From the NCBI GenBank assembly GCA_963844965.1, contig CAWJQC010000007.1:224001-288000 (forward strand): 64,000 nucleotides of DNA. Direction: 5' to 3'. Below are positions 57,163-64,000 of this stretch, in pieces. The DNA is from an uncultured bacterium. GTDB taxonomy: Bacteria > Patescibacteriota > Minisyncoccia > UBA6257 > 2-01-FULL-56-20. A model generated the notes under the pieces. It ran no database searches. It worked only from the letters and a program-made list of their open reading frames with translations, and had not been told where the DNA came from. Every line of letters starts with the position of its first letter. Within the stretch, counting starts at the first letter, position 1. The translations under genes were made by a program, and so were the position numbers.

Positions 57163-57422
57163 TTCTTTTTTTGGGCCTGGGAGAGCTTCACGGTGAGCTC
57201 GCCCACCACTTCAAACAGCTCCCTGTTCTGCTTCTGGAGACGGCTGAACTCGCCCCAGGAAGGGACGCCCGATGCTCCTGCGCCTAGCCAATTGTAGATG
57301 GTGGACTCGTGCAAACCGTGGTCCTTCGCAGCCTGCGCTACGGGGACTCCTTCTTCCTTCACCCGGCGGAGGATGTCCGCCTTCACTTCCTTCGCAATCC
57401 GATGCCCTTTTTTGTTGCTCAT
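57159..57422 (-). CDS. IS3-family transposase OrfA (HTH)
   Basis: Helix-turn-helix (AQAAKDHGLHESTIYNW); ends LSQAQKKN at the slippery site. Confidence 0.85.
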   Translation of the reverse strand: MSNKKGHRIAKEVKADILRRVKEEGVPVAQAAKDHGLHESTIYNWLGAGASGVPSWGEFSRLQKQNRELFEVVGELTVKLSQAQKKN

Positions 57423-57436
57423 GACACAATGGTAGT

Positions 57437-57769
57437 TTGTTTCGACCTTTGTGTCTAAATTACGGGGTCCGGGTCAAAACAAAAGAGGTCGTCAGAGTCC
57501 TCTCGAAGGCCGGCTTCACGCAACAGGAGATACTTGATGCCATCTGGAACGCCGACTTTGTAAAAGATGAGAACGGCGGAGCCGTCGTGAACGCCATGTA
57601 CGAAGCAAAGATTCCGGTCGCCGATATCGTCGGAGTGCTTATGAGGGAAAAGATCGATCCCGACGACCTCGACGGCGAAATGGGCGGAGAAGAAGTTGAC
57701 ACGCGCACCCGCGTTGAGATTCTCCATTCGCTCTTTGAGGCGATTGACGGCGAGAAAGAGACAGCTTAA
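57437..57769 (+). CDS. Hypothetical acidic small protein; annotated start lies inside the IS terminal repeat
   Basis: 110-aa ORF; true start is probably downstream of 57476. Confidence 0.3.
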   Translation: MFRPLCLNYGVRVKTKEVVRVLSKAGFTQQEILDAIWNADFVKDENGGAVVNAMYEAKIPVADIVGVLMREKIDPDDLDGEMGGEEVDTRTRVEILHSLFEAIDGEKETA

Positions 57770-57859
57770 TTTTTCCACGATTACCACCAGGCCGCATATT
57801 CATATCTGCGGCCATTTTCTTTTGGTTTGAATCAGAAGTCGCTTCTCTTTCTTTATTCT

Positions 57860-57938
57860 CCGCGGAGCCATTTTTCATTTTCCGCCCGCACTGCCTACCT
57901 TCTCTAATTTTTGCCAAAGGCGGACAAGCCTGCCTGCC
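57860..57938 (+). repeat. Intergenic repeat copy A (~79 bp), promoter-proximal to the metallopeptidase gene
   Basis: About 85% identical to copy B at 58476-58553; a partial third copy lies at 59371-59400. Confidence 0.65.
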
Positions 57939-57964
57939 TCCGGCGGGAATGGTAGAATAAGCTT

Positions 57965-58369
57965 ATGCTGAAATTGGGGCGGGATGAATTTGAGAAAATC
58001 GTAGAGGAAGGAATACATGCGGTTCCGGAAAAGTTTTTACAGAAGTTGGATAACGTGGCGATCGTGATCGACGAGGAACCGACGCCGGCCCAGAAAAAGA
58101 AGCTGAATATCCATCCAAACTGGACACTCTTCGGCTTATACGAAGGCGTGCCGCAGGTATCGCGAGGGGCGAACTATACCGCTGTGCTTCCCGATAAAAT
58201 AACTATTTTCCAAAAGCCGATCGAAGACGAGGCCGTGGATAAGGAAGACATTAAAAAGATGGTGAGGGATACGGTTTGGCATGAAATTGCCCACCATTTT
58301 GGCATGGACGAATCCCGCGTGCGTGAAGCCGAAGCCAGAAGGCGAAAGCTCCGCGGCAGCGCGAAATAG
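57965..58369 (+). CDS. Small zinc metallopeptidase-family protein (HExxH; DUF1025-like)
   Basis: HEIAHHFG motif; 134 aa. Confidence 0.65.
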   Translation: MLKLGRDEFEKIVEEGIHAVPEKFLQKLDNVAIVIDEEPTPAQKKKLNIHPNWTLFGLYEGVPQVSRGANYTAVLPDKITIFQKPIEDEAVDKEDIKKMVRDTVWHEIAHHFGMDESRVREAEARRRKLRGSAK

Positions 58370-58414
58370 GCGAATGGAGGAAACCGGTCAACCCCGAACA
58401 ACCCCGCCAAATAA

Positions 58415-58456
58415 ACCATTCCAACATTCTGCAGAATGTTGGAATGATGTTTTTCA
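58415..58456 (+). terminator. 28-bp perfect palindrome (ATTCCAACATTCTG|CAGAATGTTGGAAT) plus T-run
   Basis: Perfect hairpin centred on CTGCAG, followed by GATGTTTTT. Confidence 0.6.
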
Positions 58457-58475
58457 GCCCCGCCCTCCTGCCCCT

Positions 58476-58553
58476 CCGCGGAGCCGTTTTCATTTTCCGC
58501 TCATGCCGTTTACCTTCTCTAATTTCCGTCAAAGGCGGACAAGTCTGCCTGCC
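58476..58553 (+). repeat. Intergenic repeat copy B (~78 bp)
   Basis: CCGCGGAGCC(A/G)TTTTCATTTTCCGC...CCTTCTCTAATTT...AAAGGCGGACAAG(C/T)CTGCCTGCC shared with copy A. Confidence 0.65.
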
Positions 58554-58631
58554 CTTGGCATGGCCTCTGGAGGGAGCCACATCGTCTTGGCTTGTCTTTT
58601 TTCCCCGCGACGAGAGTGGTAAAATAGTTCT

Positions 58632-59296
58632 ATGAAAAAATCATCACTTATAGCGGTGGTCGCGGTTGCCGTCGTTGCCGTCATCTCCGCCGTTCTCATG
58701 TTCAGGAACGCGCCGGCTCCGCCGGAGACCTCGCCGGTCGCGCCACAGAATCTTCAGCCCGCAACCGCGCCATCCGCGCCTTCGTCGAGCGCGGATCGCA
58801 AACCCAAACGCAAAACATGGAACATTTAATTACGCTCAGAACCACCATGGGCGATATCCAATTCGGGACCTACGACTCGGACGCTCCGAATACGGTGAAC
58901 AACTTCATCACGCTCGCGCAAAAAGGATTTTATAACAACGTCATTTTTCACCGCGTCATCAAGGGATTTATGATACAAGGCGGCGACCCTACGGGAACCG
59001 GCACGGGAGGTCCGGGGTACTCCTTTGCGGACGAACTCAATCCCGCGACGCCTTCTTACCAGGCGGGATACAAGAAGGGCGTGGTCGCGATGGCGAACGC
59101 CGGACCGAACACGAACGGCAGCCAATTTTTCATCATGCTTGCCGATTATCCGCTGGACCATAACTATACGATCTTCGGCAAGGTGGTGGCCGGACAGGGC
59201 GTCGTGGACGCGATCGGCGATCTTCCGACCGACGCGAACGACAGGCCTCTGCAACCGCCGGCGATAAAGAGCGTTGTCGTGGAAGTTGCGAAGTAG
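58632..59296 (+). CDS. ppiB: Secreted cyclophilin-type peptidyl-prolyl cis-trans isomerase; signal peptide plus Pro/Ala linker (58632-58829) is in a different frame from the catalytic domain (58817-59296)
   Basis: Catalytic-domain motifs FHRVIKGFMIQGGDP and NGSQFFI; the upstream ORF encodes a typical signal peptide and ends 13 nt into the domain ORF near an A-rich tract. Confidence 0.75.
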
Positions 59297-59463
59297 GGGA
59301 CATCCTCTTTTCGTTTTGAGTCGGTCGTAAGCAATCAGAAATTCAAAACTATCTCTCTACCCCTCGTGCCGGCCAGGTCTGCCTGTCGGTAGGCGGGCAC
59401 AGAATTGAGGTTGTTATACTCGTATGGTATGTTTAATTCATATAAATTAAACCCCATACATAC

Positions 59464-59865
59464 ATGCTTAAAGAGTTCAAACAGTTTTTGCTTCGGGGAA
59501 ATGTCGTTGATCTGGCGGTCGGAGTCGTCGTCGGCGCGGCTTTTGGCACGGTCGTTACCGCTCTTGTTTCGGACCTCCTAACCCCGTTCATCGCGGCCAT
59601 CATCAAGGTACCGGATTTTAGCGGCCTTGCGTTTACGATCAACGGCAGTAAGTTCATGTACGGCCATCTTATAAACGCCGTCATCTCGTTCATGCTTGTC
59701 GCGGCCGCCATTTTTTTCTTCGTGGTCAAACCGATAAATGTGCTCATCGCCCGATCCCGCAAAGAGCCTCCGGCGGATCCCACCACGAAAAAATGCAAAG
59801 AATGTCTGAGTGAGATCCCTATTGAAGCCAAACGCTGTTCGCACTGCGCGCAGTTGGTTGTCTAA
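59464..59865 (+). CDS. mscL: Large-conductance mechanosensitive channel
   Basis: Canonical N-terminus FKEFKQFLLRGNVVDLAVGVVVGAAF; two TM segments; C-terminal CxxC pairs. Confidence 0.9.
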   Translation: MLKEFKQFLLRGNVVDLAVGVVVGAAFGTVVTALVSDLLTPFIAAIIKVPDFSGLAFTINGSKFMYGHLINAVISFMLVAAAIFFFVVKPINVLIARSRKEPPADPTTKKCKECLSEIPIEAKRCSHCAQLVV

Positions 59866-59971
59866 ATAAGAACCTGAAATTTTTTCTCCGCCCTTCGCGC
59901 CGAAACAAGCGGCGCTCGCGCTGGGAAGGGAACTTGAACTTCTGAATCCAGCGTAGCGCGATAGGCTCATA

Positions 59972-60000
59972 GGCCGGGACTTTGTGTTCCGGCTTTTTTA
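59972..60000 (+). terminator. Probable rho-independent terminator after mscL
   Basis: GGCCGG / CCGGCT stem with an 11-nt loop, followed by TTTTTT. Confidence 0.5.
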
Positions 60001-60012
60001 TATTGCGCAGCC

Positions 60013-61137
60013 CTAATCTATTGTCTGTGTTTCTAAAGGCGGCTCCGTTTGGCTTTGGACGACATCAAACCTCAGCTGGCCGATGACGCCGCCGTCCGGC
60101 GTTTCCACGTTCACGCGCCACTCACCGGGTGTTACATATGATATCGTAGAGAAGGTCCGGTAGCCGCGCTCGTTTCCGCCGACGACGGAGAGCGCAATGC
60201 GGCTGCGGGTTGACCAGATGCCTTTCGCCTGGTCGTAGTACTGCCACTCGTGGACGATATCCGTGTTCAGAGCGGTCGGAGAGAACACGGCAGTATAGGC
60301 GTAAAGCGCGTCGCCCGCGACAATATGCGTCGTTTGATCCCAGTTGAGGAGACCGAACAGATCAAAGCCGTGCTTTTCGCTGGTCACCGTGTAATTGCCG
60401 GGTCCGTTCGCGACGAGAGAGTGATAGACAGCCCCGTCTTCCAAAGAAAGCGGCAGGGGCGGAATGAGATTCAGGAAGTAAAGCGTGTTCACCCCTGCGA
60501 GGATGAATACTATCGCGGCGACGGCCAGACGTCTGCTTCTTGCCGTGAAATTTTCGCGCAAGATGATGCGGAAGATGAAGAAGAGGACGCGGATAGCCGC
60601 CACGCTAACAACACCGCTCAAGATAAATATCCAGGGACCGATCCTGTGGAGTAGGATTGGCACGAGGTATATCGCGAAAGCATAATAGGCGAGGAAGAGC
60701 AGTGAGATCTGGAAGGAAATGCGGGCGTAGTGGCGCTTGAGCGATTCGTTGGCCACGAAGGCGGCCGCGAGGAGCAGAAGGAACGGCCAGCTCGCGGTTA
60801 TCGCGGAGCTGCGGAAATAAAAAACCAGGTATGTTGAGAGAATGCCGCCGAAAAAGAATTGCATCACGTTCACGAGCCAGAAGCGCAGCTTCTGCGGGTT
60901 TGCCTCGGGGCGCACGCCGCTCTCGTCGGCAGTATCGTCCAAAATATTTAGCCAAATGGCGCAGACGGTGACGATGGTTAGGTGCGCGACGACCCAGAAA
61001 TTTTCCCAGAACATGTCCACGCGGTGTAGCGTCAGGGCGTCAAAGACGAATCCGCCTATGAGCGAAAAGGAAGAGAGCGGCCGTTCGTAGCGTCCGTACC
61101 AGCTCCTTGCGCGCGCAAAAATGGATCCAGCCGACAT
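60013..61137 (-). CDS. Hypothetical polytopic membrane protein with a C-terminal extracytoplasmic domain
   Basis: 374 aa; about eight TM helices followed by a soluble beta-rich domain. Confidence 0.55.
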   Translation of the reverse strand: MSAGSIFARARSWYGRYERPLSSFSLIGGFVFDALTLHRVDMFWENFWVVAHLTIVTVCAIWLNILDDTADESGVRPEANPQKLRFWLVNVMQFFFGGILSTYLVFYFRSSAITASWPFLLLLAAAFVANESLKRHYARISFQISLLFLAYYAFAIYLVPILLHRIGPWIFILSGVVSVAAIRVLFFIFRIILRENFTARSRRLAVAAIVFILAGVNTLYFLNLIPPLPLSLEDGAVYHSLVANGPGNYTVTSEKHGFDLFGLLNWDQTTHIVAGDALYAYTAVFSPTALNTDIVHEWQYYDQAKGIWSTRSRIALSVVGGNERGYRTFSTISYVTPGEWRVNVETPDGGVIGQLRFDVVQSQTEPPLETQTID

Positions 61138-61208
61138 TGCAATTTGTATTTTAACATTATTCGGAGATATGATTAATGGTGGTGAAATAAATTAATACAT
61201 AAAAACAA

Positions 61209-61667
61209 ATGCGTAAATTTTATTGGAGCGAGGAATACGCCGTTGGTATCAGGATATTGGACGAACAACACAGACGCTTTTTTGAGATTGCGGACAAAAT
61301 TATAGATCTAGAGTCAAAACAGAATACTACCATGGACGAATTGCTCGCCGTCGCCGAACAGAATGCTACCAGGAACAAATTGCTCGCCGCTGCCAAGGAG
61401 CTTGAAGCGCATGCCGCGGGTCACCTGAAAACCGAGGAGGATTATTTTGACTCCCTTAATTATCCGAGCGCCCAACTTCACGTTGAGGCCCATAATTTGT
61501 TCCGGAAGAGAGTTGATAATTTTCTCGCGATGATAGCGGACGAGAATATCCATGGCGAAGATATCGCCGAAGAAATGGCTTCCTACTGCATTTTCTGGCT
61601 ATCCGACCACATCTTGCTCATGGATAAAAAGTACACCGTGTTTTTCAGGGAACACGGCCTTAAATGA
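61209..61667 (+). CDS. Hemerythrin-like metal-binding protein (bacteriohemerythrin family)
   Basis: W..Y.VGI..IDEQH N-terminal signature and spaced His/Glu ligands. Confidence 0.7.
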   Translation: MRKFYWSEEYAVGIRILDEQHRRFFEIADKIIDLESKQNTTMDELLAVAEQNATRNKLLAAAKELEAHAAGHLKTEEDYFDSLNYPSAQLHVEAHNLFRKRVDNFLAMIADENIHGEDIAEEMASYCIFWLSDHILLMDKKYTVFFREHGLK

Positions 61668-61757
61668 CTTTCTGCCGCCTGATGCCGGCTGGAAATAAAA
61701 ATTTCACCGAAAGTTCACGAACTTAGTTGGTTAATTAAAATGAGGTTTAAGAATTAA

Positions 61758-62372
61758 ATGCCCAAGCAGACATCGCCGGTAAAAATAAAAATCATTGTCG
61801 GCAGCACGCGCGAGGGCCGCTTCAGCGAGAAGCCGGCTCGTTGGATTTTTGAAGAAGCGAAAAAGAAAAACGATGTTGACGCCGAACTTCTGGACCTGCG
61901 CGACTACCCGATGCCTTTCTTTAACGATCCTGTGTCTCCCTCAATGAATAAGGGGAATTATTCAAATGAGGTCGTCGCCGCGTGGGCGAGGAAGATCGCC
62001 GAAGCGGACGCCTACATTATCGTTACGCCTGAGTATAATCACGGCTACCCAGCCGTGCTCAAGAACGCCATGGATTTTGTGTATTATGAATGGAACAGGA
62101 AACCCATTGGTTTCGTGAGCTACGGCGGCGTCGGCGGAGCGCGTTCCGTGGAACAGCTCCGGCAAGTTGCGATTGAGCTCCAAATGGCGCCCGTGAGGAA
62201 CGCCATCCATATTCCGTGGCAGGTTTATATGACGATTGTGAACGAGAAGGGGATGGTGAAACCGGAACTTTTTGAGCCGCTCAAAGATTCAAAAGACAAC
62301 TTTCTGAATCAGCTTGTTTGGTGGGCCAAGGCGCTGAAAACAGCGCGTGAAGAAGACGGTAATAGGTTATAG
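61758..62372 (+). CDS. NAD(P)H-dependent FMN reductase (flavodoxin-like fold)
   Basis: KIIVGSTREGR and IVTPEYNHGYP motifs of the NADPH-dependent FMN reductase family. Confidence 0.75.
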   Translation: MPKQTSPVKIKIIVGSTREGRFSEKPARWIFEEAKKKNDVDAELLDLRDYPMPFFNDPVSPSMNKGNYSNEVVAAWARKIAEADAYIIVTPEYNHGYPAVLKNAMDFVYYEWNRKPIGFVSYGGVGGARSVEQLRQVAIELQMAPVRNAIHIPWQVYMTIVNEKGMVKPELFEPLKDSKDNFLNQLVWWAKALKTAREEDGNRL

Positions 62373-63326
62373 ATCGCGGCCGTAACCGCGCACCATCCCG
62401 CCTCTGGTTTCCTGCCGATATGCTCCTAGATGTGAGCCGCGCCCGGGCAGGAAATTGAATGTTCCTGAAGCCGAACCGCGCGTGTGGCGGCTATAGCCGC
62501 TGATGCCGACGCCGATTCTCCAGCTCCTTCCTCTCGTGACAAAATATCTGCTGGTTCCGGACGGAGCCGCGGCCACGCTCGTGCGCGTGACGGTGAAGCT
62601 CTCGCCGTCGCCTCCCAAGGACGATGGCGAAGCCAATATCTGTCCGTTTCCGTTCGTCATTGAAAGTGGCTGTGCTCCGGAGCCCGCGATTGTTACCGTG
62701 TTTCCGTTCATGACGGCGGTGCCGCCCGCGAACGAAACCGAGCCGAAGTTATCCAGGGGAACGAGACCGCTGGCGCTACTCGGCATTTCTTCTATCCACT
62801 CGGCGGAAGAATGCGAAGACGCGTACTCAACGGAAGTTTGATAGGTTTGGTTGGTCGTGTTGTCCTTGAAAGAAATTTGCCAGTTATTGGAAGATACCTC
62901 GGTTAAAGAAACGGTAACGGAGTCCCCGGCGGAAATTGTCAAAGGAATTTGCGCCGTTGCCTGCGGCAATATTTCGTACCATGCTTCATAGGTAACGCCG
63001 CCAGAGCCGTTCGTTACCGCTTGTGTCCCAACCTGTATCAGGTCGCTTTTCGTGACCCCGCCTATCCCGACCCAGGTGACGTCGGCCTCAGTAGAACTTG
63101 CGGCGGCGACGGTTGGAACTATCCACGTGCTGCCGACCGAAGTGAAGGTTCCCTCGTCGGCAACGTAGCCGGCCCAGTTGAGCGAGGTGTTCGCGCCGGA
63201 CGGCGAATTGACCGCCGGATTGCCGATGGAATTCACCGCCACGGAACGATGTGCCGGAGAAAAGAACGAGAACGGAAGAGAAATTGTGAAAACGCCGATA
63301 GCGAATAGCTTTTTTAATTGCAACAT
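62367..63326 (-). CDS. Secreted peptidase family G1 (eqolisin / scytalidoglutamic peptidase-like)
   Basis: Signal peptide; NWAGYV...TWIVPT...WVGIGG...LIQVGTQ...YEAWYEILP matches the G1 beta-sandwich signature including the catalytic Q/E region. Confidence 0.6.
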   Translation of the reverse strand: MLQLKKLFAIGVFTISLPFSFFSPAHRSVAVNSIGNPAVNSPSGANTSLNWAGYVADEGTFTSVGSTWIVPTVAAASSTEADVTWVGIGGVTKSDLIQVGTQAVTNGSGGVTYEAWYEILPQATAQIPLTISAGDSVTVSLTEVSSNNWQISFKDNTTNQTYQTSVEYASSHSSAEWIEEMPSSASGLVPLDNFGSVSFAGGTAVMNGNTVTIAGSGAQPLSMTNGNGQILASPSSLGGDGESFTVTRTSVAAAPSGTSRYFVTRGRSWRIGVGISGYSRHTRGSASGTFNFLPGRGSHLGAYRQETRGGMVRGYGRDL

Positions 63327-63570
63327 TTTGGTTTATAATTACTGTTAATAATATGTGGAATAGTCGGCTTTCGTTACTCGCGCGCCGGTTTACCCAAAGT
63401 GAACGAACCGGCTTTGCGCTACCTGAACTACGATGCACCGGCCGATTATGGTGCGTTTTTGACGAAAAGGCGGAGATGCACCAAAAGATCTCATGAAATC
63501 GTATCAATATTGTATGCGCAAAGCGCCAACAACGTTGTAAAGGTCGCTTGTTTATTAATTCATAAAAACA

Positions 63571-63927
63571 GTGTTCAATAAAATGGAGGAGCAAAAACCG
63601 CAGGGACATCCGGAAGGATGCCGTTGTTTTCAGTGTAGGTGTGGAACCGATTGCAAGTGCGGTCACGGTTGGCATGGTCACAGACACTTCCTGCTCAGGT
63701 TCCTTGTCGGCATCATCATTCTCGTCATCGTTTTCGCGGTTGGTGTGAAGCTAGGCGAACTTAAAAGCAGTTTCGGCCACGGACACTATAGTGGCGGAAG
63801 GCACTACATGATGCAGCCGTATGGCACGATGCCGCAGTTTTACTATTATGGGGGATACGGGCAAGCCTATCCGCCGATGATGCAGCGTGGAGTTGGTACG
63901 AGCACGAGTCCCGTTGCACCGAAATAG
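63571..63927 (+). CDS. Hypothetical membrane protein with a Cys/His-rich N-terminus (CRCFQCRCGTDCKCGHGWHGHRH) and a Tyr/Gly/Met-rich C-terminus
   Basis: 118-aa ORF, one TM helix; possible metal-binding protein. Confidence 0.45.
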   Translation: MFNKMEEQKPQGHPEGCRCFQCRCGTDCKCGHGWHGHRHFLLRFLVGIIILVIVFAVGVKLGELKSSFGHGHYSGGRHYMMQPYGTMPQFYYYGGYGQAYPPMMQRGVGTSTSPVAPK

Positions 63928-64000
63928 CAATAGCGGCACCGCTGATCTGTTTTAACTGTAAAAAAGTCGGCACTTTTAAAGCGCCGGCTTTTTGGTTAGG

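Larger units (their letters stand above)
56317..57476 (-). mobile_element. IS3-family insertion sequence (~1160 bp; IS407-group-like ends TGA...GGACCC...TTTAGACA)
   Basis: Imperfect ~26-bp terminal IRs (TGAAAAGGACCCTTTTCTTTAGACAG versus the reverse complement TGACCCGGACCCCGTAATTTAGACAC); orfA/orfB overlap at an A6G slippery heptamer. Confidence 0.75.

Noticed and set aside
1-64000. CRISPR arrays / cas genes
   Set aside because: No regularly spaced short direct repeats found. The only tandem repeats are coding (Ig-like domains, RF2 insert) or single or paired intergenic elements.

Overview
The window is a 64 kb chromosomal stretch from a small-genome bacterium, with about 50% GC. The gene content (type IV pilus/competence-like genes, mreBCD-mrdA, ftsEX, scpAB, many small hypothetical membrane proteins, a GxxExxY protein) is compatible with a Patescibacteria/CPR-like organism; that assignment is inference only. 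Most of it is housekeeping:
- a 5'-truncated glgC-like gene and a geranylgeranyl-reductase-like flavoprotein;
- tRNA-Thr(CGT) and tRNA-Gln(CTG);
- prfB with its canonical programmed +1 frameshift (CTT TGA C), then ftsE and ftsX;
- a DrrAB-like ABC exporter and an isochorismatase-family gene;
- a type IV pilus locus: pilB, pilC, three minor-pilin/pseudopilin genes and a pilin;
- dnaX, scpA, scpB, a D,D-carboxypeptidase and mraY;
- proS, mreB, mreC, mreD, mrdA (PBP2) and a galT-like gene;
- rplU, a GT39/ArnT-like glycosyltransferase, a TraD/VirD4-like (T4CP) ATPase and a GH18 hydrolase;
- a MiaB/RimO-like methylthiotransferase, a B12-radical-SAM protein, a PiT phosphate transporter with its DUF47 partner, and a large Ig-repeat surface protein;
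- pgk and an inositol-monophosphatase gene truncated by an IS3-family insertion sequence (orfA/orfB with an A6G slippery site);
- a cyclophilin, mscL, a hemerythrin, an FMN reductase and a secreted eqolisin (G1) peptidase.
Accessory or unusual structure:
- a 17-bp duplication of the tRNA-Thr 3' end followed by a GC-rich structured segment;
- structured leaders sharing TTCTAACGGG-ATG upstream of pilB and pilC;
- a palindromic 135-bp element after pilC;
- GTTAAC-rich palindromes upstream of the pilin and mreD;
- an 80-bp intergenic repeat family present in three copies;
- a GxxExxY nuclease-like gene in a cassette with 18-bp terminal inverted repeats abutting rplU;
- a nucleotidyltransferase / 2-phosphoglycerate-kinase-like / split HD-hydrolase cluster.
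Many genes, including essential ones (rplU, dnaX, pitA), show 1-nt reading-frame breaks, often in homopolymer runs. These are either assembly indel errors or genuine slippage-prone sites. No CRISPR array and no rRNA were found.
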